Assembly: GCA_964354805.1 (NCBI GenBank)
Contig: CAYHBD010000008.1
Span: 1 to 64,000 of the forward strand
Length of the DNA stretch: 64,000 nt
Direction of reading: 5' to 3'
Source: an uncultured archaeon
GTDB taxonomy: Archaea > Iainarchaeota > Iainarchaeia > Iainarchaeales > GCA-2688035
Position numbers and translations under genes: made by a program. Shown piece by piece: positions 48,151 through 60,000 of this stretch. The notes beneath the pieces are model-generated. The model did not search any database, was not told the DNA's origin, and saw only the letters and a program-made list of their open reading frames with translations. The stretch's first letter is position 1. The number at the start of each line of letters is the position of its first letter.

Positions 48151-48426
48151 GTGATGTTTTTGAGTGAAACTTTGGTTAGGCTGGAGGGCGCGCCGGAAAT
48201 TGTTTTGGAAAAACTGACCAGGCTTGGCTTGTTTAAAACAAAGACAGAGGCAATTAGGGCCGCTATTATGGATTTGGGAAAGGACTACAAGGTGTTCAAC
48301 AGCATGCGGGATTTGGAGGACGAGCTTGTTGTTCGCAAAGTTGCCAGGATTCATAAAGAGATTAAGAGCGGCAAGTGCAAGGTCTTCACCGAAGAAGAGG
48401 TTAAGAAAAAATACGGCTTTAAGTGA
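48151..48426 (+). CDS. Ribbon-helix-helix antitoxin
   Basis: LEKLTRLGLFKTKTEAIRAAI; overlaps downstream toxin (GTGA). Confidence 0.75.
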   Translation: MMFLSETLVRLEGAPEIVLEKLTRLGLFKTKTEAIRAAIMDLGKDYKVFNSMRDLEDELVVRKVARIHKEIKSGKCKVFTEEEVKKKYGFK

Positions 48427-48695
48427 TTTCCTTGTTTCGCTTGGATTATGGCAAAGGCTGGGATAAATTCTTCACCAAAATGGACAAGTCAGAGCAGGCA
48501 AGAATCTGGAAGAAAATCCAGCAACTTAAAACCATTGCAAAAGCAAGGCATTTAGGGAGAGGCTTGCCGTACTTTGTTGTGGAATCAGGCCAGCACAGAA
48601 TCTGCTTCATCGAAGAAGGGCAAACCCGCACAATTGTTTTTGCTGGAAACCACAAGCAATACCAGAAATGGTACACGGCTTTGGAAAACTTGTGA
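48423..48695 (+). CDS. RelE/ParE-like toxin
   Basis: 90 aa basic protein, RIWKKIQQL...HRICF...IVFAGNH. Confidence 0.7.
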   Translation: MISLFRLDYGKGWDKFFTKMDKSEQARIWKKIQQLKTIAKARHLGRGLPYFVVESGQHRICFIEEGQTRTIVFAGNHKQYQKWYTALENL

Positions 48696-48885
48696 TGCCC
48701 TGCAACTTCCTTTAATTCTTTATATGACCCATAATTATTGCCGATGCTGAACTGACAATGACGCAGAGCGCAAGCCGTGAAGAAACATGGGCGGACTGCG
48801 GCTATAAAGGACTTAAAATTAATAAAATATTAATATTTAGTCATTTATAGATGGATTTTTAAAGCTTTCAGGCTTTAATTTAAGT

Positions 48886-50220
48886 ATGGTTTCAAGATTA
48901 GATGTTTTTTTGATTGTTGGTCTTTATCCCGGGCTTTCTTGTGCTGATATTGTTAAAAAGATAGGCAAGGCCCAAACCTCTTACAATTCAGCATACAATC
49001 TTCTTCAGGAACTAAAAACCGAAGGGTTAGTTATTGAGGAGAAAGGGGGCTTTAGCGCTTCAAAAACAAAAAAGGTGCACATGCTTCTTAGCTTGGTTTA
49101 CTTTTGCTTCAAAAACGGGATTGATTACAACAAAGTTATTTCAGAAAAAACCGCTGAGTTCGTTAAAATGGGCTTGGAAAAAGGCCAAATCGATGGATTG
49201 CCGTTTGACGCAAAAACAGTCAGGAAAATTATTGTCCAGCTTTCGAAAAGCGGGTTTGCTATTGTTGAGTCAAGAAAGCCTTTTTCGTGCAAAATTGTGC
49301 CCTCGCAATTCACTCAATTGCTTGCAGAATACTTTTTTGGAGAAACTAGGGTTAAATGCCCTTTGCTATTGGATTGCCTGAATGAAGAGTTTGTTAACAG
49401 CAGCCTTGAAAAGCAGTTTTCCTCATACAAAAGCCTTGAAAAAGAAAAATTCGCCTTTGATGAAATAGGGTTCATTTACATAAGCCTTTCCCTTGAAGGC
49501 AACACCCTTACATTGTCAGAAACTGAAAAGATAATCAAACAAAACATTGCCCCTGCGTCCAAATCCTTCAAAGATGTGCAACAGGTGCTGGATTATAAAA
49601 AAGCGCTTGACGGGTTTATTTTATCCAACAATGCAATCACACTCGAGTCAATACTTGAATTTCACAGGGTGGCAATGAATTCCTTAGTTGCGGGGGCAGG
49701 CAGCTTTAGAACGCAAAATGTCAGGATAAAAGGCAACCCCAACTTTAAAACAGCTGACTGGAAAGAGGTGCCTGAGCTATTAAGGGATTTTTTCAAAAAC
49801 GCGAACATCCAAGAAACTTTTGGAAAAAGTTTCATCAAAAAGCCTTTTGCTGTTGCAAAAGCCTTGGGAAAAATAGCTTTGCAAAAAAAAGTGGCAATAA
49901 ATAAACGTTATATGCCACAAGAAAAGAAAAAATTTTCTGCTGCTGAAATAGTTGAACGAGCCGCCTTTTTGCATAACGAATTCCAGCGCATCCACCCATT
50001 CATTGACGGAAACAGCAGGACATCAAGGGCAATATTCCTAAAAGCACTAACCCAAAACAATTTTCCTTTGATAAAAATACCTGTGGGCTTTTCCGACCAA
50101 TACATGAAACTTACAAAACTAAGCGAAAAAAGAGACGACCAAAAATTTGCCCTCCTGATGAAACAGATAGCCTTGGAAAACCTAAAACACCTAATAAAAA
50201 AACTCGAATACGAATTCTGA
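48886..50220 (+). CDS. Fic-domain protein with N-terminal HTH-like region
   Basis: SLSLEGNTLT, GSFR..NV.I, HPFIDGNSRTSR. Confidence 0.9.
   Translation: MVSRLDVFLIVGLYPGLSCADIVKKIGKAQTSYNSAYNLLQELKTEGLVIEEKGGFSASKTKKVHMLLSLVYFCFKNGIDYNKVISEKTAEFVKMGLEKGQIDGLPFDAKTVRKIIVQLSKSGFAIVESRKPFSCKIVPSQFTQLLAEYFFGETRVKCPLLLDCLNEEFVNSSLEKQFSSYKSLEKEKFAFDEIGFIYISLSLEGNTLTLSETEKIIKQNIAPASKSFKDVQQVLDYKKALDGFILSNNAITLESILEFHRVAMNSLVAGAGSFRTQNVRIKGNPNFKTADWKEVPELLRDFFKNANIQETFGKSFIKKPFAVAKALGKIALQKKVAINKRYMPQEKKKFSAAEIVERAAFLHNEFQRIHPFIDGNSRTSRAIFLKALTQNNFPLIKIPVGFSDQYMKLTKLSEKRDDQKFALLMKQIALENLKHLIKKLEYEF
49813..49873. repeat. REP-like unit (reverse) in-frame in Fic gene
   Basis: GAAACTTTTGGAAAAAGTTTC hairpin + AAAGCCTTTTGCTGTTGCAAAAGCCTTGGGAAAAA. 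Confidence 0.82.
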
Positions 50221-50402
50221 AGACGGTCATAATAGAGGACTAATTGACCGATATGATAATATTTACGAGAAATAACCACAGCAAACAAAAACCGAACTGT
50301 AAGAAAAAACGAGAAAGCTGAAGGTGGAAAACAAGCGGTAATGCGAAAAGTATTTATATACATGGCATATATATTAGGTATATTAAAAGTGCAGGTGGTA
50401 TC

Positions 50403-50642
50403 ATGGTGCAAGCTATGGTGGAAATTCCAAAAGAAGCCAACCAGATCTTGAATATTGTGAAAGCAAAGCATAATTTGAAGACAAAGAGTGATGCGATTTC
50501 TCTTGTCGTTATAGAGTATGGTTCAAGGCTACTTGAACCTAAACTAAGACCGGAATACTTGGAAAAGCTATCCAAACTAAACAAAGAAAAGGGAATCCAT
50601 TTCAAGAACCTCGGTGGACTCAGAAAACTGATTGAGGCATAA
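50403..50642 (+). CDS. Antitoxin (DUF2683-like)
   Basis: MVQAMV...NQILNIVKAKHNLKTKSDAI...LRPEY. Confidence 0.7.
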   Translation: MVQAMVEIPKEANQILNIVKAKHNLKTKSDAISLVVIEYGSRLLEPKLRPEYLEKLSKLNKEKGIHFKNLGGLRKLIEA

Positions 50643-50644
50643 AG

Positions 50645-50911
50645 ATGCGCTCTTACGAAATACTTCCCTCGCTGATAAAGTCACTACGCAAATTGTCCAA
50701 AAGAAACAAAGCACTTTACGAACAAGTTATGAAAAAGATTGGCGAAGTGACCTGCACACCCGACGTGGAACACTACAAAAATTTGAGGTACGACATGAAA
50801 GATTCAAAACGCGTTCATATCGGGCACTTCGTACTCGTTTTCGAATACCGAAAAGCAGAAGACAAAATTATTTTCAAGGACTTCGACCACCACGACAACA
50901 TTTACGGATAA
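50645..50911 (+). CDS. RelE/YafQ-family mRNA interferase toxin
   Basis: HYKNLRYDMK..KRVHIGHFVLVF...FDHHDNIY. Confidence 0.85.
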   Translation: MRSYEILPSLIKSLRKLSKRNKALYEQVMKKIGEVTCTPDVEHYKNLRYDMKDSKRVHIGHFVLVFEYRKAEDKIIFKDFDHHDNIYG

Positions 50912-51002
50912 AAAAAGCCTTTTTGCTTCCACAAAAAAGCCTTGGGAAAAAAAAAGCAATTGCTTCACAACAGCCTCTTTTGCTGTTGCAAAAGCCCTTT
51001 TT
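50912..51002. repeat. REP-like cluster (reverse) between convergent genes
   Basis: AAAAAGCCTTTTTGCTTCCACAAAAAAGCCTTGGGAAAA and CTTTTGCTGTTGCAAAAG; could also terminate transcription. Confidence 0.8.
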
Positions 51003-51019
51003 GCATTGCCAATTTTGGA

Positions 51020-54000
51020 TTATTTTTCTTCCAGCAACTTGTTTGTTTTGGCAAGCTTGGCTTCAATCTTGCCCTTTATCTCAAGGAACTGCTTCTGCTT
51101 CATAACACCTTTTTGGTGCATTTTTTCAAACTGCTTCAATGTGCTTCCGAGCTCCTTCTTTTCCGTTTCAAGCTCCTGCTTTGTTTTGATGAACTTTTCA
51201 AGCTCAAGGAGATTTTTATTGAGTTCCTTTTCAAATTCGCTGAAAATCTCTTCGGTTGCCAGCCCGTTTTCCTTCACTTTTTTCATTGCAGCAAGGCTTT
51301 CCAGCAGCTCTGCTTTCTCTTTCAGCGCCTGCTCCCTTGTCTTGGGGATGGTTCTCTTAAGCCCTTCAATTTCCTTTTTCTGCTCCTCAATCTTTCTTTC
51401 AAGCGCGTCAACTTTGAGTTCAAGGGCGGTTTCCTTTTTTTCCACTATTGTTCCAAGGATTGTTTTAGGCATTGGCTGCGGCTTTTCAATTTGCCTTGAC
51501 AAAATTGCGGTTTCTATTTTTTTCTTCCACTTGTCTGTCTTGGCAAGCTCCTTGAGTTCGAAAATGAAGGTTTCCTCTTCATCTTTGTCCATTGGCTTTA
51601 CAGAAATGCTAAATGTGCTGTCTGCAATATCTATGTTTTTGATTTCAAACAGCCCTGCCTGCCTTTTATTCTGCTGCGTGGCCTTCAACGAGGAAAGAAT
51701 TTTTCGCAGCTCCCTTGCAAACACTATCATAACTAAAATTAAGGCAATAAATGCCGCGGCAATTATGCCAAAGGTAATAAAATCTGGTGAAACAGCCAGT
51801 GGTGCGGCAATTCCGGTTTCCTTCGGCATTTCATACACAATAGTCAATAATTCGAACAGCATCTTGCTCTCGTTCAGCCCGGCAAAGTTGATTTTGTCAT
51901 TGTTGTAAATCGCAAGCACAAGGCTCTGAACACCCTTCCTGTACGATGCATTAACATTGAATGTAATCCTTTTCTGTTCGCCGGCCTTGATTAAAAAATC
52001 GTGCTTTTCTTTTTCTATCTGCCAGTCTAAAGGCACGATGAGAGAAACGCCTATGTTCATGTCCTGTTTGCCCCTGTTGAGCAGCAAAACATCAACAGAG
52101 CCTGCGCCTTCCATGAAAATCTTTGAAGTGCGGATATCCAACACGACAATTTCGCTTTGAAGCTCCCCTAATACCCTAAAGATTAATTTTGCTTCTTTGG
52201 AATCCTCTTTGCTTGAAATCCTTACCGTTACTATGTGATCCCCAAATTCGACGGTTGATGGCACACTTACCTTTAAAACAAAGGATGACTCCTCGTTCGG
52301 GTTCAGCTCTGTTTTTTCCTGTTCCAAACCGTAAATGAACGGCCCGTCAAGCGAGAGCGCAAGGCCTGTAAGCTTGCCATTGCCTATGTTCTTTATCCTG
52401 ATTTCAATGAATCCAATACTGCCTCTCATGATGGCCTTTTCGCTCGGCATCTCTATAATTGAAATTATTCCCTTCCCGCCACCAGGCAGGACCGCGAATC
52501 CCCCTCCACCGCCACCTGCTGCTCCCCCGCCGCCGGGCGGCTGGGGTGTCTCTGGGCCCTCTTCTGTTGCAGTGAACTGCTTTGAGGCTGCGCTTGTTTC
52601 ACTGCCATAATAAACTTTTACCTTGAACCAGTAGGTTTCCAGGTTATTTGCGTTAAGCGTCAAATCGGGATTCCAGCTCTGGTCTGCAAGAATTGATTTT
52701 GCGCCGGATGCGTAGTCAATATCATCTCCTCCGCCGCACTGGTTTGTCTGCTCTGAAACAATGCAGTATTCGTACTGGTATTCCTGGCTGGTTGTTCCCT
52801 CGTTTGTTATTGTAACGTTCGCGGTGATTGTCGGAACAGTTGTGTCTGTGATTGCATTTATTTTGACTTCAGGCGGGTTTCCGGTTAGCTCCCACCAGTC
52901 GCTTGGCTTTACAGTTGAGCCATTGACGGTAACAGAAGCAATAGTTTCCCACATTCCCGCGGTCTGCCCGCTTGTTGAACTGAAACTGTATGTGTATATC
53001 CCTGTTTCCGAAAAATTCATGTCAACATTTTCCACAATTTTGTTCCTTGACGGGTCATAACTTGTTATTTTCGGGGTTGAATCCGCATTCTTCGGGCTTC
53101 CGTTGAAATCAAACACCCACAACTTTGCATAATAGATTGCGCCTGGCTCGATTTTTTGAAAATCGCTCAGTATTGCAGTGAACTTTTGTATCTGGCTTGT
53201 GTGAATATTGTGCACTGTATCATTTACATCGTTTAGAATTGCCTGCATTGTTGAAAGTGCAGAAACAATAGTTTGCTGGCTTGTGTTTATGTCTGTCACA
53301 ACGCCCTTTATTGTGGTGATGTCTGTTTGAATGCTTGAAACTGTTGTGTTTATGTCGCTTGTTGCCCTGTTTATGTCTGTGACAGCGGTGTTGATATCTG
53401 TCACTATTATTTTTGTGCTCTGCACAATTGCATTTATGTCAACTATCCTTGAATTCACGTCTGAAATCATCGACTGCGTGGCTGCAGCGCTTTGCTTCAA
53501 AGAATCTGTGTCAGAAAGAATTATTTGGGTTGCCTGGTTTAAGTCCAGAACGCGTGAACTAATTGCCGTAGAGGTGCTGTTTATGTCCAAAACAGTTGAA
53601 GAAACAGTGTTTACTGTGGAGTTTATGTCTGAAACGCCGGATTCAAGCGAATCAGTATAGCCTTGGATGGTTATAAGCCTGTTGCACACATCATTTCCTC
53701 CAGGAGAAGTGCAGTTTAGCTCGTTTAAGATAAGTAAAAGGTTTTCGTCTATTGCAGTATGGGCTGTTTCAAGCGTGTCAACATAGCCGATTATTTGCAG
53801 CAAAGAAAGCGCGGTTTGGGAATTGAAATCGTTCAATGCTGCGTTTATGTCTGAAAGCCTTTGGCAAACGCTTTCTGCGGGAAAACTTGAACAATCCAGC
53901 ATGCTTTCTACATCGTTCAAGCCTGTTCTAACCAGTTGAATGTTCTCGTCAACAAGGATTATTTTCTCCTTTATAAAATTGCTCGTGGTGTTTATGTCTG

Positions 54001-57000
54001 TTACTGTCAGCAGGATGCTGTTTGACGTTGAATTTATTGTGCTGACTGTTGCGCTGATTGAATTTGCGGTTGAATTTATGTCATTGGTTGTTGCGCGGAT
54101 TCCCATGACTGCGGAATTCAAATCCAGGAGCCTTAATGAAAGCGCGTCAAGCTTTCCACAGATACTGAGTGATGGCACAAAAGAGCAAGCGTTCAGGGTG
54201 TTGTTTATGTCAACCACTGTCGAATTTACGGTATTAATCCCTGAGTTGACATCAGATATGGATGAGCTAAGCTGGCTCAGCAGGCTGTTTGAACCCGCAA
54301 CAGCATTGTTGATATCTATTGAATAACCGAGCACCTGCAAAAGTGTTGAATTGAGGTCTGTTATTGAAGCTGTGGTTATCAGGTTTGTTTTTATGAAATA
54401 AACATTTGCATCAATTCCCTGCAAGAGGGTGTTCATGTCAGTAAGGCTTGCTTGAACAGTGTCAATTTTTGAGTTGATTGCGTTAACAGTTGAATTGATG
54501 TCTCTTACAATTGAGTCAATAGAACTCGTAGTCGCATTAATGTCCTGCACGAGGAAGAATATCTGGTAAAGCGTGTAATTCTGGTCTGCTGTCAAGCCAC
54601 CGCTTACGGTTCCACCAGAAGCTGTTGCCGAAGACTGGTTGACATCAAAGGATGCTGCGCACTGGAACCGGTTTGTTCCAATGTTCTGGTCTATAATGAG
54701 ATTGTAGCCTCCGCCTGTTGAAGGCGCGATGAAGAAATTGTAATACCAGCCGGATTCGAACTCATTCAGGGTGTAGGATGACAGCAGGCTGAAAGCCGGA
54801 TTGTAAAGCTTTACCTGCGGCGACAATCCGCTTAGCGGCGCTGCCGAAGGCCCGAGCATTAGTGCCGCGATTGAGACATTTGAATCAAGCATCCAGGAAC
54901 CCGGAACAAACAATCTGCAGCTTGACTGGTTTGTGGAATAGCTTCTCAAAGCGGCAAGATCATCAAGCAAAAGCTCGTATGTCTCGTTCGTGTTGAGGTA
55001 AACCGCCCTGAAATCAGGAACCTTATGCAAAGTTTCAGTCTGGGCATAATATCCGTTTATGTCCAAAATCCTCTGCCGGGCATTCGCGCATATTGTCTGC
55101 GCCGCTGGGGTGAGCAGGACACTGCAGTAGTTTTCCACTTCCGCCGAATAATAATTCGCATAATTGTAATCATGTTCTATGTCGGTGAAATATTTGTTTC
55201 CCGAAATAATTGTTGCGGTTTTGGTTTCGTTCTGCAAAAAATCCTGACTAAGATAGATTACTGGGTTGCCATAGGCATCAAATGAGAGGCGGTAACTTTC
55301 ATTGTTCAGGTCCGCAACCACAAAGATCTGCACAAGCGGAGTTTCCCCAATGGTTACGGACCGTATCTGGTCCGGGTCAACCGCCTCAGATAGCTGGTAA
55401 TAAAGGATGTAATCTGAAATCGCATTTGGAACAAGGTTTTGCAATGTCGCGATTTGCGTGACAGCCTGCCTGTTTGCATCTGAAAACTGGAAATTATTTG
55501 TTATCAGCACGTCTGCGAGCACGGCACTTACCGCGAACGAGCTTGTTGTATACCCTGTGTTGGATGATGTTGCCGCGGTTATTGTGGCAACATATATTCC
55601 ATTGGCAGCATTCAAATCCAAAATTGTGGAATACGTGTATGTTCCGCTGCCGGCATTTGTCATTGAAACATTGCTGACAAGCGTGTTTCCTGTCGGGGAA
55701 ACTATTGAAATAGTGAGGTCTGCATCCGTGATTGCCAAGCCTGTTATGACATCGGATACAGCCGCTGAAAACACAATCAAATCCCCTGCCTTGTAGGCAG
55801 TCTGGTTCAATGTAACAATTATTGAAATAGGGGAAACCTTGAATGAAACCGTGCCATTTATGTCGTCGTTGTTGTAGTTTGCCTTGAAGAAGTATAACCC
55901 TGCTTCAGCAGTGTTTGGAACAGTGTATGAATATGAAAAATCGCCGTTTCCATCGGTTGTTGTCTGGTAGGTCAGAAGCGGAACCGTGGGCTCGCTGTTT
56001 TTGAAAAGCTGCACTATTATCGGCGCGTTTGCAAGCCGCGCGCTGTTCTTCATCATGAAACCATTAAGGTCAATTGTTTCAAGGCGCAGGTATTCCCTTG
56101 AGTCCCTTGAAAGAATCATGAATGCAGTGTTCTTCCAGTCCCTGAGCAAAAACTGGGTCTGGTAACGCGCATTCGTCAGGTCTGGAAAAACCACGCGGAA
56201 AAGCGTGTTGTAATCATCAGGGTTGTTGCTTGTGTACAACATATCAACGGTTATTTCAGTTGCTGAAAGCATTGGATTAACGACTTGTTCAGTCACAAAA
56301 TCATAAGTCGGATTGGCTACCACTGTTGTGTCAAACCAGCGGTTATATATGTAATCCCTAATAACTGAATATTCCCTGTCAGACTGGTAATATGGCGACC
56401 ATGGCCTGGTTACGCCCAAAACACCAGGGCTGTAAGTGTAAATCAGGGTGGTTGTTGTTGCAGGAACAAGGCAAAAACTTTTCGATTCGGCTCTTGAAAA
56501 ATCGCAGTGCCATGGCTGTGAATTCGGATGCTTTACTCCCTCATTTAGTTCGGTAAATGAGTCAACAACCTGGGTGTAATCGCTATAGTGGCTGTAATCC
56601 CAGAGCGAATTATGCCTTGAATAAAGCGCAGCATCAATCCCAAGGTCGGTAATAGCTGTTGTTTTGTTTGGCCTGCCATCCATCACATGCTCGGCCCAGC
56701 TTGCTGTAATCGCGGCAGTCGGGTAAAGGGATGCCCTTGCAGGCCTGAAAGACGCGTATTTTTCGATATTGTCAAGCGTGCTTGGGCAGAATACGCCCTC
56801 TGTTGCCGGGGCAAAGTTGTTTATCCAGCCAGGGCCCAAATCAAAGTCGCCGTACTGGTTTGCTGCAAAGTTCCAGTTGCACGGGCTTTGATAATAAGTC
56901 ATGTTTTGGTCTGCCTTGCTCCAAAAGCCTGATTCATCATATGCTTTTTTGTTGAATGCAAAGCTTGGAGCCCATGCATAGCGGGTCTGCCCGGCAAGCT

Positions 57001-60000
57001 GCTCTGCGCCTGTTGTGGTGTATGCGTGAATCACAAAAGGAAAAGAGCTTGAAGTGAAAAACCATTTTCCCCAAAAGTATGTTGATTTTTGGGTAAACGT
57101 ATAATCCAAAGAGCCATTGACTGACAATGAGCCGGAGGCAGCGTAGAGGTTGGAGGGATAGACAGGGTCAGGCCTTGCGTTTTCACCGACAATCACATTT
57201 ACATCCCGCTGGAAAAGGAAAAAGGTTCCAAGCGAGCCAACGTTGGTAGTGAATTTTATCACAGAAGTGGCGCAAGAGATATTGTTTCTGTTGGAAGTCA
57301 CCAAGTGCGTTGAAGAGCTTGAAATAAGATTGCTTAAATCGCTTAGGAAATCGTCAAAACCCTTGTAGCCATATTCTTCGGAAGGGCAGACATCCAAAAT
57401 GTAAGAACTGAGTTTTGCTGATGTTCCGTACTGTGCGTTCAGGGCAAGAGGCGGAAGCCACCTGTTTTCCCTGTTGTCCGGAATGAAAAGGTTTGGCTTC
57501 AAATAAAACTTTGCAATCAGGTTCGGGTCAACATACTTGTTCAAGCCGGTTCCGTAAATGCTTTCCTTCGGGAACGCGTTCACGTAACCATTGTTCCCAA
57601 CCGAGGGAATTGATGTGTTCAGGTCGGAATCGCAGGAAATGAAATCAGTTGTGTACGCGCTTGTAAAGGTTGTTGCGCCGGTTGCATCTGTAGGGCCAAC
57701 CGGCCGCCATGAAAAATACGGCCAGACCTTGTGCACTGTGCAGCCTTTGCCTGGCTTTGCGTTTGAGGAACTCACGTTAACAAAATGCTCTCCGTTGTAA
57801 TCAATAGTGAACATCAATGGCAATGGGGTCGGTGTCAATACCGCGGTTTTTTTGTCAGCAGAAATTGTTGCGGGAACATATGCGTCCATTAGTTCTTTCC
57901 TGCCGCTCCAGTTGAACCAGTCGTTGTTGTATGTTCCCTGCGGAACCAAAGAATAGGTTCCCCAAAAATAATATGGGTGATAATTTTGGCTTATTCCAGT
58001 AGTCATTACAACAAGCGGAGCGTCAAGCTTTGTTTTTACCCTCACTCTCCCATTGTTGTTGAAAAAATACCAGGTGGACATTATTTTTCTCGTCTGGGCA
58101 GAGCCCAGATGCGGTGTCGCAGTAATGTTGGCTGTGTTCATGTCCATTCTTGCGAAAATTTTTTGGTTGGCGCTTCTCTGATAGCATCTTGAGGCAAAGA
58201 CATTCACTGCTGTTCCACAAGTGCTTCCGCTTGCACAAAGCCCTTCAGCGGTTGTTCCAGCGCCTGTCCCTGTAGTCTGGGCATTCATGTAACCCAAATT
58301 CAGGGTGTAGTGAGTTGTTGAAGCAAACCAGCTTTGATCGTTGCCGTCAAGCTTGAACCTCACTGTTTCTGTTGCACCGCCTTCTCCAATATTAGCCCAG
58401 CTGAACCAGCTCTGGCTGTTTACATCAATAGAGTCTGTTCCGGCAGCGCAACTGCCTGAAACATTATAAACAGCCAAGTCTGAATAGCCTGGAGCAATCA
58501 TGCTGACTGCCGGCGCGTTATAATAAAGTCTGTACTGCTTTGTTTGGTCTTTTGCAAAATTGTCCTGTATGAAAAGAGCATAGTTTGTGTCCACAAAGCA
58601 GGTGTTTGTGTTTGCGTCAACCTGCCACAGGCCGGCAGGGCTGCTTGAGGCAGGCAAGCCAATTATGTTGTTTGATTCATCTGTTACAATCAAGTCAGTG
58701 CAATCAGGCCTTATGCCCCCGGTCAAATTAACGTCAAACCAGAACACTTCCGCGTTCCTGTCAAACAAGCCAGGCTCTGTTGCATTAAAGTCAACCCTGT
58801 TGGAATAGGCGTTTCCGTCAATTGTATCTCCCGCCACATTTTCTGACACGCTTATAATCATCGGGTTTGCGATTGCGTTTGTGTCCTGCTCAACATACTG
58901 CCAGTGCCTGTTTCCGTCAACCCCGGAGCCCTTTGGCTTGAACAAAAAATATGACTCGTGCCACTGCCGTAATGCCGGATTAACATTGTTGAAGTCAAGG
59001 GTTGCATCAACATGGTCGTAAATGTAAGAGGTCGCGGCAGCAGTGTTGCTGAAAAAAGTTGTCCGTCCCCAGTGGTTGCTCCATACTTCGTTTTGGTCTG
59101 CGCCAAATCGCGTGGCAAAGCCAAGCACCTGGTTGTAACCGCTGTTGTGGTCTGAAAGCCATGCCCAGTTGTCTGTTCCGAATGTTTTTGTTATCGGAAA
59201 ATTGTCCCATTTTTTTGGCGTTACCAGTGCATAAGTGGTTGTTCCTGACAGATACACTCCATTTTGAGTATGCCCTAAAGTAGCATGGTTTAAGTCAAGG
59301 TTTTCATAAAGGCAATACCTGTTTAGAATATGCCAGCCGAATAAGTTATTCGTGTAAAGAGTTGAAGGGCAGTGACCTGGTGCTAGGCTGCCGTCAATTG
59401 TGTCAATGGCCCCGTACATAAACCTCAAATAATTGTATGGCGTTGGGTTTGGCTGGGCTGTTACTGTTGTGACGTAGGCAGTCATTATTCTCGGGTCCAT
59501 GAATTGCGAGCTTGCGGTTTCTGTTGCCGTGAACTCGCTGAAGGCATTTATTGTGCTGAATCTAAGATAGCTGGTGTTAAATCGGTTGTCATCGGTGTTA
59601 ATGACCATTCCATTTCTGTCAACCGCCTTGAAATTAAAACTTGCATATTCATTGCTGTAAAAAACGTTTTTTGTCGGGTTCATTACAAAAGAATAAAGGT
59701 TTGTGTTGCCCCTAACCCAAAGGTTAGCGTCAGGAAAAGATTGAACGTCTACATCGTTTTTTGAAATCTTCTGGATTCTGCCGTTTGAATAAACGGGGTA
59801 AATGAATCCATTGACATCATTATCAATCCAGAGAGTTTGCGGGCTTCCATGCGTCGCTCCAGTTCCATAAGCAGCAGTGCTTGCAGGAGCCCAGGAGCGC
59901 CAGTTAACCCAGCCGATTGTTCCATCGGATTTTCTTATCTGGATTATTGGTGCGCCCGCAATTCCTGTACCTGTGCCAAGAACCGGCGCCTGCACTACTG

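Noticed and set aside
2171-51002. Hairpin family as plain intrinsic terminators
   Set aside because: Eight loci are in-frame inside genes or at 5' ends, in either orientation; termination may apply only to a few intergenic copies (20534, 50912)
51006-51908. 300-aa plus-strand ORF and other antisense ORFs over the giant gene
   Set aside because: Ser/Phe/Leu-rich mirror of a Lys/Glu-rich coding strand
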